Assembly (NCBI GenBank): GCA_963699755.1
Contig: CAVOVB010000001.1
Location: forward strand, 1-64,000
Direction: 5' to 3'
DNA: 64,000 bases
Source: an uncultured delta proteobacterium
GTDB lineage: Bacteria > Myxococcota_A > Polyangia > Polyangiales > Houyiibacteriaceae
The translations under genes and the position numbers were made by a program. The notes beneath the pieces are model-generated. The model was not told the DNA's origin, made no database searches, and saw only the letters and a program-made list of their open reading frames with translations. The first letter of the stretch is position 1. Each line of letters begins with the position of its first letter. This document shows positions 19,064-29,395 of this stretch, piece by piece.

Positions 19064-20323
19064 CTAGCCGTGTAGGGCCAGCCGCAACTCCCGGAGCAGC
19101 CCAATGCGGTCACAGTGGATGTCCCGACTGATGTCCAAGAACTCGACTCGAACGCGCGTACCGAGCTCGCCACCCTCCAAGGTTAGAACCTCTCTCTGCG
19201 CGCCGGCTGTCTTTGGAAACAGCAGCACGTTCTCCGGGCAATCGTAGCGACGTGCATACGCATGGAGCTGGTAGACGTCCGCTTCGGATGGCTTGGTCGC
19301 CCGATCGCCGTCGAGTGCCTTCCACTTGGTGTCTAGGATGCGAGCGGTCCGGTTGCTGGAGTCGGAGATCAACACGTCCGGCTTCAGTTTGTACCGCCCC
19401 CGCCCTTGTTCATCCCGAAGCAGATCTCTCCGCATCCGCTTTGCCTGGATGTGTACGCGGGAGCGCTCGAAGCCCAGCTCGTGCGCGTGTCGACGAATGA
19501 GGCGCGCAACGAACTCCTCGAAGAGATCGTTCATGGGCACCAACAGGGAGAACGTGGGTGTTTCGCCTCCGCGTGGAGCCGGGGTGCCATCGAAAAGAAC
19601 CAGGCGGCAGAAGTCCAGAAGGTCTCGAAAGCGTTCGTTCTGTCGGTTCAGTCGAAGACGCAAGAAATTTTCGCGCGTGATCTCTCGATCGGTGACGTTC
19701 GCCATGACGAGAATCGCCTCGCGAAGTTCGCGCTGCGTGGTCCTGTTGCCGGTCTGCTTGAGGAGGACCCGGCACGTGCGCTTCAAGATGTGGTTGACTG
19801 GGGTGTCTGCTAGAAACTCGTCGTAAGCGACGTAGACCCGCTCGGAATGGGCGAGGTTCCTTCGGAGGTGGACCGGCAGCACGATCTTGCCGCGGACGAA
19901 GCCCGTGTTCTCTTCACGTCGCACGTACTCTTGATCCAGGCCACGGCGTAGTTCGTTGAGAAGTCGGCCCGAAAACACCGCAATGAGGGCCTCCAGGATG
20001 GGCCGCTTCTCGAGCAAGAGGGTGGCGATGTCGCGCTCCCGAATAGGGAGGCGACGGCAAACGGACATCATTAGAAGGAGGTTCCTTCTGGCTTGGCCCT
20101 GCTCCGCGTCCGTCTTGGGCAAAATCTCGATCTGCAGACCGGGGATCTGGACAACGCCCACCCAGTTTCGGGCTCGGACGTAGCCGATCCGGCTCCAGTC
20201 AAATGCCGTCGTGCCGCTGGACCTCGCGAAGCGCTCGTCGAAGTGCTGAAGGCGGGTGCACAGACCTGAACCGAGGCGCTTTCGCGGTATTCGTTCGAAC
20301 TCGGTGACGCTGAGGTGCTTCAT
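19064..20323 (-). CDS. mcrC: McrC family restriction nuclease subunit
   Basis: NWVGVVQ...IEILPK, MNDLFEEFV, KPD....ILDTKWK, DVYQLHAY; ATGA overlap with mcrB. Confidence 0.9.
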   Translation of the reverse strand: MKHLSVTEFERIPRKRLGSGLCTRLQHFDERFARSSGTTAFDWSRIGYVRARNWVGVVQIPGLQIEILPKTDAEQGQARRNLLLMMSVCRRLPIRERDIATLLLEKRPILEALIAVFSGRLLNELRRGLDQEYVRREENTGFVRGKIVLPVHLRRNLAHSERVYVAYDEFLADTPVNHILKRTCRVLLKQTGNRTTQRELREAILVMANVTDREITRENFLRLRLNRQNERFRDLLDFCRLVLFDGTPAPRGGETPTFSLLVPMNDLFEEFVARLIRRHAHELGFERSRVHIQAKRMRRDLLRDEQGRGRYKLKPDVLISDSSNRTARILDTKWKALDGDRATKPSEADVYQLHAYARRYDCPENVLLFPKTAGAQREVLTLEGGELGTRVRVEFLDISRDIHCDRIGLLRELRLALHG

Positions 20324-23193
20324 GAACTCTGCGTACCGGCGAGCGCGTTGAAGAACTGCGAGAGATTGGTCGCATCGGCCGCTTCAAAATCGGGGTTGAC
20401 CTGAAAGCGTAGTTTGGTCTCGTAGTCGTCGACGTCACCAAGGATGCCTTCTGCGTCAAGCTCGTGCACTGTGAGGATCGGTCTAGTGTTCCGGGTGCGA
20501 CCCTCGTCAAACGGGCACCCCAGGACAAGACCTATCTTGGACCAATCGTCATAGAAATACTCTTGGAGCAACGGAATCAGGCGGTCGAGAAAGACCCGAC
20601 GCAGGTCGTCTAGGGTCTTCACGTTCAAGAGGTAGGCATGCCCGAGGGTGTGGTCGCGGTCGTAGAGCAGCTCGATGCGCTCGTTGATCGTTTCGAGCAG
20701 CTGCGCGACATCTACTCCGTCGATGACCCCGCCCTTCCCAACGAGACTGCGTACGACGGCGGAGTTGGGCATCATCTCAAGAAAGCGAAAACGGCGACGG
20801 AGTGCCGTGTCGAGAAACGCGATGGACCGGTCGGCGGTGTTCATCGTGCCAATCACGTAGAGGTTCGAGGGGACGCCGAACTCTGTACCGGAATAGGGCA
20901 GGATCGCTCGCAGCTCATTGGCTGCGCCGAGGCGCTTGTCAGGCTCGAGGAGCGTGATGAGCTCGCCGAGGACCTTGGCGATGTTGCCCCGGTTGATCTC
21001 GTCGATGATGAGGACATATCGACGAGGCTTCGAAGGCTGCTCGGGGGAGAGGACGCTTCTGAGCCCCTCTAGCTTCAAGACCTTGGGCTTGAGCTCATAG
21101 ATGGTGGCCTGGGAGAAGACCTTTTTCATGATGATGTCGCTGCTACGGCTCTCGTCGAGAACCAAGAGCCACTCGACAGGTCGCGCCTGAGAGTAGTCTT
21201 CGCGATCAATGTGGAAGTAGTCGCCCGTTACACGGCCGATGGCGCGGAACTTGAGGTTTCCGTCGCTGACGACGAGCAGATCGCCGACGGATATTCTGTT
21301 CTTGAAGCGATCGACCGCTCGGATGGCAAACTCCTTTGCCGGATCGCCCTCCTGCCGTGATCGAAAGCGCTCGGCAACGGCGTCCTGTGTGTCGCAGCCG
21401 GAGAAATCGATGGCGCCGCCCCAACCAAGGAGAACCCAATTCTCCTCTATCGCCTCGTCATAAACCCACTCCTCTTGGGCGTCCCAGGTTGCACCCAGTG
21501 ACATCTTCCAGACCTTCGTTTTCTCCAAGTCCAGCTCGAACGTCGGGGCCGGCTTTGGGCCTACGAGCTCGGCGCGCTCGCAGATGCGCCGGAAGACGCC
21601 CGACTTGCACTCATAACGAACGGCCGAGGTCTCCGACGTCTCACTGTCCGATTCCTTTTCTTCGTCGGTCAGAACTGGTCGGATTCCCTCGACAAACTCC
21701 TCGTAGCTATAGGATTGGTGAAACGTGACGAAGGCCACCTGCTCGCTTTCACGAAGTTCGCGAAAGCGCTTCATGACCGCGTTTCGGCCCGCCGGCGCGG
21801 AGCCATCGATGATTTCGAGGGCACGTTGCGCGGTTATGTAGGTCTTTCCGGTCCCGGGAGGGCCGTAGTAGATGACGTTGAGGTCATCTCTGCGTTCCAT
21901 AGTCTTCCCTGACGGCTTGATCCCAAGGGCTTGCGCCATTTCGTCCGGCAACTCGGACGGGTTCAGGTGATCTGCCAAGATAGCAACTGCTTCGGCGGGG
22001 ATACCGTAGAGGTAACCTTGGTTGACCCGTCCGGTGTCATTGACTGGACCTCTGTCGAGCTCCATTTCCGCCAAGCGAGACTGAACCTCGACCAGCGGAA
22101 TCGGCTCCGCAAGCTCCACGTAGTCACAGTCGGCTCTCCATCCAGACACATCCCATTCGACGGGCGGCAGCTCTGGCGGGCGCTCCGCATCGCGTCCCGG
22201 CTCGGTAGCGATTGAGACTGCGCGTATGGCGCCATCCTCGTAGTGGAAGATGATGTCACCAGGGGAGACCCGATTCACGTTCTCCCAGAAGTAGTAGGGA
22301 CTCGCTCCCGATTTCGTACGTTGCGGAGCCCAGATGTAGCCTCCGTCGCGCTCCGCCGCGTAGGTCTTGCCTTGATTGACCCACCAGAATCTGCGGTCGT
22401 TGGTGGGCGATGGGTCGATCCACCACTGCCCATGGAATTCCTCACCATAGAAATCGATTCTTTCATCTCTACCCTTCTGCAGCGCTTGGCGAATTGCGTA
22501 GATCGCTTGATCAACATCGTCGTAACGCTTGGTTAGAAGGTGTTTGAACCCCTCCACGATCAGCTTCTTGTGCTTGCGAGATACGATGATTTCGAAATGC
22601 TCGGGATGCGCGTAGTGGCACAGGGCGTGTCGCTGGGCGTTCGCGCCGGTCACAGCATCTTTGTAAACGAGTGCTTTGAAACTCCATGGATCTCGCAATA
22701 GGGACTCTTGCTCTGCACTGGAAAGTGCCTTCCAGGCCCGCATGAACGAGATTTGCTGAAAAAGGTAGATGGGCCGTCGTGAATTGAATGCGGGGCCCGG
22801 ACTGCAGAGGCCGCCGTCGAGCGCCGACACGAGGTTCTCAGGCACGTCCACCGGTTCACTCATCAAGTTGAGAACTTGCTGGACGGCTTCCAGCTTCGAC
22901 GTAGCCTTGACCCTAACGGTGATTAGCAGGTTAAGAAACAGCATTTCCGCGCATAGCTGCACGGCGCCATCACTCGAGTCCTTCAGTTGCTTCTCAAGTT
23001 TGTGGATGAATGAGTCTTTGGTCACATCGGGCTTTTCGACGAAGTCCCGATTGAGTTCGTCGAGATTCGCCGCAGACCAGATTTGCCTTCCGGGTGTGAA
23101 AATCGAACCATCTGACTTCAGCGCTTGTTCGATCCAGAGTCGGAACACGCCGTAGACCGCCTTCTGCGCAGGCGTGATATCTCGCAATGCCAC
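20320..23193 (-). CDS. mcrB: McrB family AAA+ GTPase with EVE/PUA-like domains
   Basis: YGPPGTGKT, FHQSYSYEEFVEG, IDEINRGN, GTMNTADRS, PLLQEYFYDDW; WWVNQ..TY..E..GGYIWAP domain upstream of the GTPase. Confidence 0.9.
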   Translation of the reverse strand: MALRDITPAQKAVYGVFRLWIEQALKSDGSIFTPGRQIWSAANLDELNRDFVEKPDVTKDSFIHKLEKQLKDSSDGAVQLCAEMLFLNLLITVRVKATSKLEAVQQVLNLMSEPVDVPENLVSALDGGLCSPGPAFNSRRPIYLFQQISFMRAWKALSSAEQESLLRDPWSFKALVYKDAVTGANAQRHALCHYAHPEHFEIIVSRKHKKLIVEGFKHLLTKRYDDVDQAIYAIRQALQKGRDERIDFYGEEFHGQWWIDPSPTNDRRFWWVNQGKTYAAERDGGYIWAPQRTKSGASPYYFWENVNRVSPGDIIFHYEDGAIRAVSIATEPGRDAERPPELPPVEWDVSGWRADCDYVELAEPIPLVEVQSRLAEMELDRGPVNDTGRVNQGYLYGIPAEAVAILADHLNPSELPDEMAQALGIKPSGKTMERRDDLNVIYYGPPGTGKTYITAQRALEIIDGSAPAGRNAVMKRFRELRESEQVAFVTFHQSYSYEEFVEGIRPVLTDEEKESDSETSETSAVRYECKSGVFRRICERAELVGPKPAPTFELDLEKTKVWKMSLGATWDAQEEWVYDEAIEENWVLLGWGGAIDFSGCDTQDAVAERFRSRQEGDPAKEFAIRAVDRFKNRISVGDLLVVSDGNLKFRAIGRVTGDYFHIDREDYSQARPVEWLLVLDESRSSDIIMKKVFSQATIYELKPKVLKLEGLRSVLSPEQPSKPRRYVLIIDEINRGNIAKVLGELITLLEPDKRLGAANELRAILPYSGTEFGVPSNLYVIGTMNTADRSIAFLDTALRRRFRFLEMMPNSAVVRSLVGKGGVIDGVDVAQLLETINERIELLYDRDHTLGHAYLLNVKTLDDLRRVFLDRLIPLLQEYFYDDWSKIGLVLGCPFDEGRTRNTRPILTVHELDAEGILGDVDDYETKLRFQVNPDFEAADATNLSQFFNALAGTQSS

Positions 23194-23284
23194 TTTCGTT
23201 TCTCCGAGGCTGGGCGACAGTGTTCGTCTTGGTTGGGCGGGACTGTATCATCACGCGAGACATATTTGTCTGCTTTCCCAGCCT

Positions 23285-23557
23285 CTACAACAACATCTCC
23301 ACATCACCCTCCCCCGCGCCTCGCACTCCACCCCGGGCTTCCTCCGCTTCCCGTCACAATGCTCGTGAATGATCACGTGCAGCCGCGTGCGCGCGCGCGA
23401 CATGCCCACGTACGCCACCCCCCGATACCCGTCGTCGTCGATGTCGGTGAGTCCGGCGAGGATAACGACTCCGTTTTCTAGGCCCTTGAAGCCGGAGACG
23501 ATGGACCAGGTGATGGTTTGGAGGGACGCGCTGCCGAGGTGGGGGGCGTCGTCTTCG
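23285..23557 (-). pseudogene. helicase 3' fragment copy R1 (UvrD-C-like)
   Basis: Translates EDDAPHLGSASLQTITWSIVSGFKGLENGVVILAGLTDIDDDGYRGVAYVGMSRARTRLHVI, then a frameshift to EGDVEMLL*; highly similar to the copies at 29024 and 29924. Confidence 0.85.
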
Positions 23558-26500
23558 CTATTCTGGTCGAGGGCCTAAGAGCTCGGAGTCAAGTGTGCCG
23601 TCGTTCCAGAAGAGGATCACATAGATACTCCATGCGCGGTCAAGGATGGACTGAGCCTTCTCTGTCAACCGCTTGAGCTCGAAGTGGTCCAGCACGGGTC
23701 GGTAGAGCTCTTCCTTTGCGATCGGAGCAGTCGCAGCCAGCTGCTTTCCGATCTCAAACATTGCCGCTGCGATCTCCGATGGGGGGATCTCGTTTAGGTT
23801 GCGACCGTTGCGTGGTCGCAGATTGACCTGGGGTAAACCCGCACTGCGGACGATCTGATCATCCGGATCGGCGCTGTTGTATTCGTTGGCTTCGACGAGA
23901 ACTTCCTCGCGGACTAGCGCATCGAGAGCACGACTGAGGCTTTCGCGCACAGGCTTCGATGCGCGACCGAGGCCACAGCGACGACGGTAGATCTCAATTG
24001 CGTAGTGACGCGGCATGGGGCCGAGCTCCTCGACTGCATGGGTGAGGCTCTTCTTCAGCTCATCCATGGAGGCGCCACGGGGATCGGGATAGAGGTGCTC
24101 GGGAGCAAATTTGTCAGTAGGCACGGCTTTTAAGGTGTCATCCTCTAGATTCGCCGGAGTTGGGGGGACGAAGGCTCGTGCTCGCGGAGATAGGGGCGGC
24201 GGCGCTTCGGGGTCACCCTGAGGGAAGATGTCCGCCTCCGGGACAGGCACTGGCTCTCTTCCGGTTGGATAGATGCCCAAGTTCTCTAGCTCATCCCAGA
24301 GCCCCTCAAGAGCGCCGTCCGGATCGCGGTAGTAGTTGCCTCCTCTCACACGCCAGAACGTCCAGCCGCAACGCTCCAGCTGACGCTGCCTGCCCATATC
24401 CGCGTCGTACTGCTCGGGGCCGTGCCATTGGTCGCCGTCGCATTCGACCGCCAGGCGACCTTTCATACCTTCTACGACGAGGTCGATGCGGTACTCTGCC
24501 ACTTCGTACTGCGGCCGGACCCGATAACCGCGGTCAACGAGCTTCAGAAACACATCGACCTCAAACCAACTGTCGAATGGCGACGGCTGCATCCCGTGCT
24601 GTCGGCTCTGCGACGTTGCGCGTCGACGCAGTTCTTCAACCTCGAGCCCCTCGACGGCGTCTTGCTCGACTTTCGGGTTGCGGCAGTACTCGAGCAAATC
24701 TCGCCTAAGGCCCTTGGGCGAGAGATCCTCGAGTCCGACAGAGTGAAACAGCCACATCTGGTCTTGAGCACGGCTTGCCGCAACGTTAAAGCGGCGTTTG
24801 TGATTCTCTCCGGACAGCGTCCCCATGCGCTTGTTCGGCGCAGAGACCATGCTTAGGAAGATGACGTTTCTCTCGTCTCCTTGGAACTCATACGCATCGC
24901 CGCAGGACAAGCGCCGCCGCTCGATCTCCTCCGGTCCCAGCCTCTCAATCAGCAGTTGATCTATGTGATGAGCCTGGTGGTCCCCGAGAAGGGAGATCAC
25001 GCCCATCGTTTTGTCCTCGTATTCTGGCAGCTCGCAGAGCTCGACGATCTTGTCGACGATTGCTTCCGCTTCGGGCGGGTTGACGCGGTTTCGCTCGCCC
25101 TCAACGTATCCGTCGTGAACGCGCACGGCAGTGACAACTGGCTCTAGGCGGTCGGCCCCATACTGGCGAAGAGGAATCAACGGCTCATGGCCGTAACAGA
25201 GATTGTTCGAGTATTGGATAATCTCCGGCATGCAGCGGAAGTGTTCACGAAGCCGGACGCTGTTGTGAAACCTGACATTCGCCTGACTGAAGAAGCTGTT
25301 GTCGAGGTCGTAGAGCTGGCTCATGGGGATATCGCCGAGGTGCCGCCTGGCAAGCGCTTCGACCGCCTCTTTGTTCTGCCCGACATACTCGGGAGCGATC
25401 TGCTGCTCGTCTCCCACAACGATCACCTGCTTGCCAATGTAGTGCAGGAATAGAGCCTCCAAACCGGACTGGCTCGCCTCATCGACGATCACGACGTCGA
25501 ACGTATCCGTTGCGGGATCGATCGTCTCGACGACGCGATACAGAGGCATGATCCATGCTGGGATGGAAGGTCGGCATTTTGCCAGGTAGTCTCGGGCGAC
25601 TTTCACATACTTGGAGGCGCGCTTGCTTCGACCCGTACCGATCTTCTTGACCGCCTGCATCCAAGCCTTTAGGTAAGCCTGCGCCCCGGGGTTGTCTTGG
25701 AGACGAGAAACGCAATGGCCCCATGCTTTCTCCGCCGCCAGCTCAGCTATGAAGCCTTGGAGCTCTCCGGTCAGGCGCCGGCGATCCGCCTCGAGGTTCG
25801 CCCCGTATTCGGGGTCGTGACGTTTGGTGAGCCAGCGGTCAGCAACGTGCCACGCCCACGCCTTGTCGATTGATCGCAACCTTTCGTACCAAGACTCGTC
25901 GTCTCGAGTGTGGGCAATCGTTTCGTCGAGCCCCGGCAACTTAGACTCGGTGAGCTTCGAAATCTGTTTACGTTGAACGAGGCGCACTCGATCTTGCCAG
26001 ATGTCTTGGATGGCAGTGTACGCACGCGAATAGGATTTCGGATCGCGCTGATGGATTGCCTCAACAAGCTCCAGGACGCGTGAATGCTCCTGGTATTCGA
26101 CCGAAGGCTCAGTAAAAGGGTAGGAGAGCTGGGTCAGCTTGTGTCCGACCGCTTCCCTCACTCGAAGCGCGGCCAGGTGCGTGAGGGTGGCGTCCAAGCG
26201 TCGGACGCTCTCGATGTCGTGCCACCGAGGTGCGCTGATGCCGCGTATGCCTCTTGAAAGTTCTTTTGCTTGGATGACCGCGGCGTGCAGTGCGAGACCT
26301 CCGTCGATCGGCTCGCAGCGGTCTTCGTATCGCGCGAGAATCTGGAAGGCACGGCCGGTTGGGGGGGAGTCAACTTGCTCCCAGGACTGGGATAGGGCGC
26401 GGAGATGACATTGGATGTCGGCCCAGGCCCATATGTGTCGGATAGCGCGAGGGTCATTGCAATCTCGACCTCCTACTTTCAGCTCGTCAACAATGTACTG

Positions 26501-28858
26501 ACGCTCTTTGACGACTCGCGGTCGCCCGAACAAGCCTGTGAGCTTGCCGCCCCCTTCTACATGCTCGAGGAGTACTTTGGCGTCGTCACGGATTGTTGCG
26601 AAATCGTACGAATCGTGGCCGGTCACCTGAATGTCGAAGGATTCCGACTCGTGTTCCTTCACCGCGTTCACGTGCTCGTGCGTGGCCAGACGCAACTCGC
26701 TCCAGAATCTGTCTTGGTCAGCGAGGACCTCATTGGCCATTCGCCCAACCCATGGATACGAGTAGGCGCAGATATCGCTGTACTCCGATATCACGGCGTG
26801 CACAGCCTTCCCGTAGGCTTCGAGGTCGGCGTCTCGGTTGCCGCGGAGCTGCGCCTGGTCGTACTGCAACGCTGCTGTGGTCTCCTGGAGGCGGGCATTC
26901 GCGGAGGCTTCCTCGCGGACCAACTTGGCAAACTCATCGGGCGTAGCGACCGTTTCGAGCTCGGGGACGGAAGCAGCTACCTCGCGGGCCCGTGCGGGGG
27001 TGATCTCCCGATGGAAACGGAAAAGGGCAATCGCTTGTTCGGGAGAAACACCACAGTCGCCGGCAGGATCAGGGTCCTTCGCAGCTACGAGGGATATCCA
27101 TCCGAACTTGGCCTCCTCTGCCTTGAGCCGGGCTGCGATTTGCTGAGTGGTGCCCGAATAGGCTCGCCCCGCTAGGTCGTGCTCCACCACATCCGACTCC
27201 CGCAACGACCGAATCCTTGCCTCGGTTCGCGCGAGCTCGGCGCGGTGCCCTTGAACTCGCGCCTCCCAATCCGCCAGCCTTCGTTCATGCTGTTGGGCAT
27301 TCCAGTGGTTGAGCTTGTGGGTGATCCCATGGACCGAGTCTTCGAGCTCTCCGAGCGAAGCCCTGTCGTTCCCAAGCAGAATAACGGAGAGGTCGGTCAC
27401 CTCGGGCGGGACCTTGTCCTTCAAAACCCTGAGGGCGCGCGCGGTTTGGCTGGTCACGAGCACTCGCTTTCCTGATGCGAGGAGGTGACAGACCAGGTTC
27501 GCAATCGTGTGGGACTTGCCCGTACCGGGCGGCCCCTGAACGAGCACACCGGGGTTGTCTGCCAGCTGGCGAATGATTTCTCGCTGCTCCTGGTTTGACG
27601 GCAGCGGGAAGTAGAGCTTGTCGACATCGGCTGCGTCGCGCGAGGCGCCAGATGTCTCGGCATTGTTGGAAGCTGCCGCGCCCCCGGCGGGCGCCCCCTC
27701 GATATCTACGAGCGGGATGACTCCCTCTGGGATCGCCTTCCCGCTTTCAACGCGCGCCACCAACTTCTTGTAGAGCTCTAGGAACCCCCGATCGGAACGC
27801 TTTCGCAAGATGAGTGCCGGTGCGAACTGCACTGTTGGAATCGGGGCAGCCATTCCACTCCGCTCCAGGGTGTCTTCGTATTCACCGTCGCCCTCCCCGA
27901 GGGAGTGAATCCATGACTTGAGGGATGATTCGACGGCTTCATTGCCCCAAATATCGTCGCCGACCTTCGCGATTGACTCCTCGAATTTGTCCTCGATCTC
28001 CCCTCCGGGGCGCTCCGCGGGCTCCAGCATGTCGTGCTCGAGACTTGGCTTGGCCCCTTCGCCGGCTGCGGTGACCGAAATCACGCCGCGTGCGGCATCG
28101 AACTCAACGCTTGTCTGCGCGGTGATCAGGTGGCGAAAGACCTCCTGTCCAGAGCCGGGTCGCCACTTGAGTAACCCCAGCCCGATGACTACTTCGTATG
28201 ACTCACCGAGCTCGGCCTGCTGTTGGTGCAGGTGGAAAAGTCTGCCGTAGATTTTCTTGACCCGTTGCTTGCGGCGATCGATCTCGGCCCACGGCAACCA
28301 CTGGTCGCGAAGATACGCCTGCCAAGCCGAGGTTACGTCCGGGCGGTCTTCGAGCTCGATGAAGCGAGGGGGTGCGTCCTCATCTGCGCTCTCGCCGTCG
28401 AAACCTGGGGGCGATGGCAGCGCAATCTGGTGATATATCTCCGGCTCCTCGCGATCTGATTTGCTGACTGTTGCCGTGTTGACCCACTCTTCAAGGGTCG
28501 TCGGAATGCGAGGAGGCGCGGTCAGCTTGGGCTTCTTGACTTCGATCCAAGGGCGTTCTTCTTCCGTGTCGCGGTGCGGGTCCCATGCGAGACAGAAACA
28601 TTCGGCTTCCTCCGGGATGTCGGACAGCCAGAGGACCTCTTCGTAGGAACTCAGACTGCGAACGATCTTTGTCCGGAGTTGCACAAACTCCCGAAGGAAG
28701 GTGAACAAGCGATGCGCTCTGTCGTGCACCATTGCCTGACGCGGATCGAACTGCTCGACGGGGTCGACTGAGGCCGCTGGGGGCTGCGATTTGGGCACTA
28801 CGAGCCTCAGAGGCTCTTCCTCGCCCAACCCAGCGATATCCTCGTCCTCAGTTGCCAT
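23558..28858 (-). CDS. large SF1 (UPF1/DNA2-like AAA_11/AAA_12) helicase fused to a Vsr/DUF559-like endonuclease; probable defence protein
   Basis: VQGPPGTGKSHTIAN, FDVVIVDEASQ, VGDEQQI, LREHFRC, FQGDER, FNVAASRA, then FDSWFE.DV...V.PQ..V..YRIDLVV....LAVECDG..WH...D..RQ..LER.GW.F.R. Confidence 0.85.
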   Translation of the reverse strand: MATEDEDIAGLGEEEPLRLVVPKSQPPAASVDPVEQFDPRQAMVHDRAHRLFTFLREFVQLRTKIVRSLSSYEEVLWLSDIPEEAECFCLAWDPHRDTEEERPWIEVKKPKLTAPPRIPTTLEEWVNTATVSKSDREEPEIYHQIALPSPPGFDGESADEDAPPRFIELEDRPDVTSAWQAYLRDQWLPWAEIDRRKQRVKKIYGRLFHLHQQQAELGESYEVVIGLGLLKWRPGSGQEVFRHLITAQTSVEFDAARGVISVTAAGEGAKPSLEHDMLEPAERPGGEIEDKFEESIAKVGDDIWGNEAVESSLKSWIHSLGEGDGEYEDTLERSGMAAPIPTVQFAPALILRKRSDRGFLELYKKLVARVESGKAIPEGVIPLVDIEGAPAGGAAASNNAETSGASRDAADVDKLYFPLPSNQEQREIIRQLADNPGVLVQGPPGTGKSHTIANLVCHLLASGKRVLVTSQTARALRVLKDKVPPEVTDLSVILLGNDRASLGELEDSVHGITHKLNHWNAQQHERRLADWEARVQGHRAELARTEARIRSLRESDVVEHDLAGRAYSGTTQQIAARLKAEEAKFGWISLVAAKDPDPAGDCGVSPEQAIALFRFHREITPARAREVAASVPELETVATPDEFAKLVREEASANARLQETTAALQYDQAQLRGNRDADLEAYGKAVHAVISEYSDICAYSYPWVGRMANEVLADQDRFWSELRLATHEHVNAVKEHESESFDIQVTGHDSYDFATIRDDAKVLLEHVEGGGKLTGLFGRPRVVKERQYIVDELKVGGRDCNDPRAIRHIWAWADIQCHLRALSQSWEQVDSPPTGRAFQILARYEDRCEPIDGGLALHAAVIQAKELSRGIRGISAPRWHDIESVRRLDATLTHLAALRVREAVGHKLTQLSYPFTEPSVEYQEHSRVLELVEAIHQRDPKSYSRAYTAIQDIWQDRVRLVQRKQISKLTESKLPGLDETIAHTRDDESWYERLRSIDKAWAWHVADRWLTKRHDPEYGANLEADRRRLTGELQGFIAELAAEKAWGHCVSRLQDNPGAQAYLKAWMQAVKKIGTGRSKRASKYVKVARDYLAKCRPSIPAWIMPLYRVVETIDPATDTFDVVIVDEASQSGLEALFLHYIGKQVIVVGDEQQIAPEYVGQNKEAVEALARRHLGDIPMSQLYDLDNSFFSQANVRFHNSVRLREHFRCMPEIIQYSNNLCYGHEPLIPLRQYGADRLEPVVTAVRVHDGYVEGERNRVNPPEAEAIVDKIVELCELPEYEDKTMGVISLLGDHQAHHIDQLLIERLGPEEIERRRLSCGDAYEFQGDERNVIFLSMVSAPNKRMGTLSGENHKRRFNVAASRAQDQMWLFHSVGLEDLSPKGLRRDLLEYCRNPKVEQDAVEGLEVEELRRRATSQSRQHGMQPSPFDSWFEVDVFLKLVDRGYRVRPQYEVAEYRIDLVVEGMKGRLAVECDGDQWHGPEQYDADMGRQRQLERCGWTFWRVRGGNYYRDPDGALEGLWDELENLGIYPTGREPVPVPEADIFPQGDPEAPPPLSPRARAFVPPTPANLEDDTLKAVPTDKFAPEHLYPDPRGASMDELKKSLTHAVEELGPMPRHYAIEIYRRRCGLGRASKPVRESLSRALDALVREEVLVEANEYNSADPDDQIVRSAGLPQVNLRPRNGRNLNEIPPSEIAAAMFEIGKQLAATAPIAKEELYRPVLDHFELKRLTEKAQSILDRAWSIYVILFWNDGTLDSELLGPRPE

Positions 28859-29023
28859 GTGTTCGCCGGAGGAACCCTACCAGATTGCGAACCGCTGGGG
28901 TGGGTGTAGTGGTGGGGCGCAAATAATTCGTTCGCCGCTCGATAGGCCGGGACGAGTCTTCTACACAAGTCTAGAGCTCCCCGCCGTGCGGCACTAGCCG
29001 GCGGTCAAAACCAAGACTGAAGA

Positions 29024-29395
29024 TCAGAACACCATCTCCACATCACTCTCCCCGCGCTGCCGCCACTGACTCTCGCGCTCCCGGCGCCTCTCATCGCACT
29101 CCTCATAAGTAATCACGTGCAGCCGCGTGCGTGCGCGCGACATGCCCACGTACGCCACCCCCCGATACGAATCGTCGTCGATATCGGTAAGTCCGGCGGG
29201 GATGACGACGTCGTTTTCTAGGCCCTTGAAGCCGGAGACGATGGACCAGGTGATGGTTTGGAGGGACGCGCTGCCGAGGTGGGGGACGTCGTCTTCCGAG
29301 AGGCGGCGGAGGCCCATGCGCTCGAGGTGTTTCTCTTCGTCGCCGCGCGGGGTCTTGAGGAGCAGGACGGGGATGCGGCCGGGTGGGACGTGTGG
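29024..29395 (-). pseudogene. helicase 3' fragment copy R2 (longest contiguous copy)
   Basis: HVPPGRIPVLLLKTPRGDEEKHLERMGLRRLSEDDVPHLGSASLQTITWSIVSGFKGLENDVV...YVGMSRARTRLHVI...DVEMVF*; lacks the N-terminal helicase motifs. Confidence 0.85.
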
